The position numbers and the translations under genes are program-made. Positions 62,824 through 64,000 of a DNA stretch of 64,000 bases are shown one piece after another; position 1 is the first letter of the stretch, and every line of letters begins with the position of its first letter. This DNA is from Alphaproteobacteria bacterium. GTDB taxonomy: Bacteria > Pseudomonadota > Alphaproteobacteria > UBA828. The stretch covers positions 352,001-416,000 of the forward strand of contig CBDCRW010000006.1 of assembly GCA_965221125.1 (NCBI GenBank), given 5' to 3'. The notes under the pieces were generated by a model. The model did no database searches and was not told where the DNA came from. It worked only from the letters and a program-made list of their open reading frames with translations.

Positions 62824-63558
62824 ATGAACGCTGACGGCATGGCCGAGGGTGCCGCCCGGCGCGAGGCGCCTCCCGCCGAGGCGCCGCATGTCCTGGTGGT
62901 GGACGACGACGACCGCCTGCGCGCGCTGCTCGGCAAGTACCTGCGCGACAACGGCTATCATGTGTCTACCGCAAGCTCGGCGGCCGAGGCGCGCGCTGCG
63001 CTCGACGGCATGGCCTTCGACCTGATCGTGCTCGACGTCATGATGCCGGGCGAATCGGGCATCGACTTCACGCGCGGGCTGCGCCGCTCGGCCACGGTTC
63101 CGATCCTGCTGCTTACGGCCATGGGGGAGCCGGAGGAGCGCATCGCCGGGCTGGAGAGCGGGGCCGACGACTACCTGACCAAGCCCTTCGCACCGCGCGA
63201 GCTGCTGCTGCGCGTCGAAACCATCCTGCGGCGGACGGCGGCGCCGCCGCCGGCGACGCCGGCCACGTGCGTGACCATCGGGGAGTTCAGCTATTTTCCG
63301 GCGCGGGACCAGCTCCTGCGCGGCGACGAGCCGGTGCATCTGACGACGGCGGAGGCCGACCTGCTGCGCGCCTTCGCCGCCAGCCCCGGCGAGACGCTCA
63401 GCCGGCACGCGCTTAGCGAACGGCTCGGCGGCAGCACGTCGCGCCGCGCCATCGACGTGCAGATCGCCCGGCTGAGGCGCAAGATCGAGCCGGAACCCCA
63501 AAACCCCCGTTATCTTCGGACCGTCTGGGGCCGGGGCTATGTTCTGCGGACCGAGTGA
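62824..63558 (+). CDS. OmpR-family response regulator (PetR-like)
   Basis: LVVDDD, LDVMMPGESG, GADDYLTKPF, IDVQIARLRRKIE, TVWGRGY; start uncertain. Confidence 0.93.
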   Translation: MNADGMAEGAARREAPPAEAPHVLVVDDDDRLRALLGKYLRDNGYHVSTASSAAEARAALDGMAFDLIVLDVMMPGESGIDFTRGLRRSATVPILLLTAMGEPEERIAGLESGADDYLTKPFAPRELLLRVETILRRTAAPPPATPATCVTIGEFSYFPARDQLLRGDEPVHLTTAEADLLRAFAASPGETLSRHALSERLGGSTSRRAIDVQIARLRRKIEPEPQNPRYLRTVWGRGYVLRTE

Positions 63559-63588
63559 GCCGCCACGCCGGCAGGCAAGGGGCGCGTC

Positions 63589-64000
63589 GTGAGCCTGCTG
63601 CGACGCATCGCGCCGCGCGGCCTGTTCTGGCGCTCCTTCCTGATCATGCTGATCCCGCTGATCCTGGTTCAGGCGACGGTCGCGCTCATATTCTTCGAGC
63701 GCCACTGGGATACGGTGAGCCGCCAGCTGGCGATGGACGTCACCGGCGACGTCGTCACCATCATGCGCATGGCCGATGCGGCGTCGGGGCCGGAAGGCCG
63801 CGCCGCCGTCGACCGCATCGCTCAGGCGGAGATGCAGTTCAGCGTCGTCTTCGAGGATGGCGCGGTGCTGCCCGAGGACTCGCCCAATCGCTACGACCGC
63901 GCCATCGACGCGACGCTGCACCGGCAGCTCGCGCAGCGCGTACCCACGCCCTACCATCTCGACACGCAACTGCCCGACAAGCGGATGACGATTCGCGTCC
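63589..64000 (+). CDS. EnvZ-like sensor histidine kinase (N-terminal part; runs off window edge)
   Basis: GTG start; PRGLFWRSFLIMLIPLILVQ..FFERHWDTVSRQLA is typical of alphaproteobacterial EnvZ-like sensors and follows the OmpR gene. Confidence 0.85.
   Translation, partial: MSLLRRIAPRGLFWRSFLIMLIPLILVQATVALIFFERHWDTVSRQLAMDVTGDVVTIMRMADAASGPEGRAAVDRIAQAEMQFSVVFEDGAVLPEDSPNRYDRAIDATLHRQLAQRVPTPYHLDTQLPDKRMTIRV

Overview
High-GC alphaproteobacterial chromosome segment; the gene order and protein styles suggest Rhodospirillales, and the adhesin repertoire suggests a marine invertebrate or sponge symbiont (both are inferences). Core genes lie at both ends: yqeY-like, carA-carB-greA on the left, and uvrC-pgsA-mobB-moeA-moaD-moaE, three surface-glycan genes, ilvE and a MarR/OmpR/EnvZ-like locus on the right. 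Between greA and a tRNA-Lys(CTT) is about 38 kb of accessory DNA with five parts. (1) A complete IS256 with an 8-bp target duplication that has cut off the last 9 codons of a D-2-hydroxyacid dehydrogenase, at the end of a Rieske oxygenase + ProU-type ABC operon. (2) A 1920-aa surface protein with a eukaryote-type SRCR domain, Calx-beta/Ig-like repeats and an unusually long C-terminal barrel. (3) A single-polypeptide GAF-PAS-kinase-receiver-winged-helix regulator, then RidA and flotillin genes. (4) A 2-aminophenol meta-cleavage cluster (amnC-amnD-amnB-amnA) with a Liv-type ABC importer whose last permease is fused in frame to a second full AmnA-like subunit and an arylformamidase-like hydrolase; this is the most striking finding. 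(5) A TorT-like/Rbs-type ABC system with a hydantoinase A/B pair whose B subunit carries a fused acetone-carboxylase-gamma-like Zn domain. iolD-iolE-SDR and a second Liv ABC system follow the tRNA. All calls come from motif recognition by eye; no searches were run.
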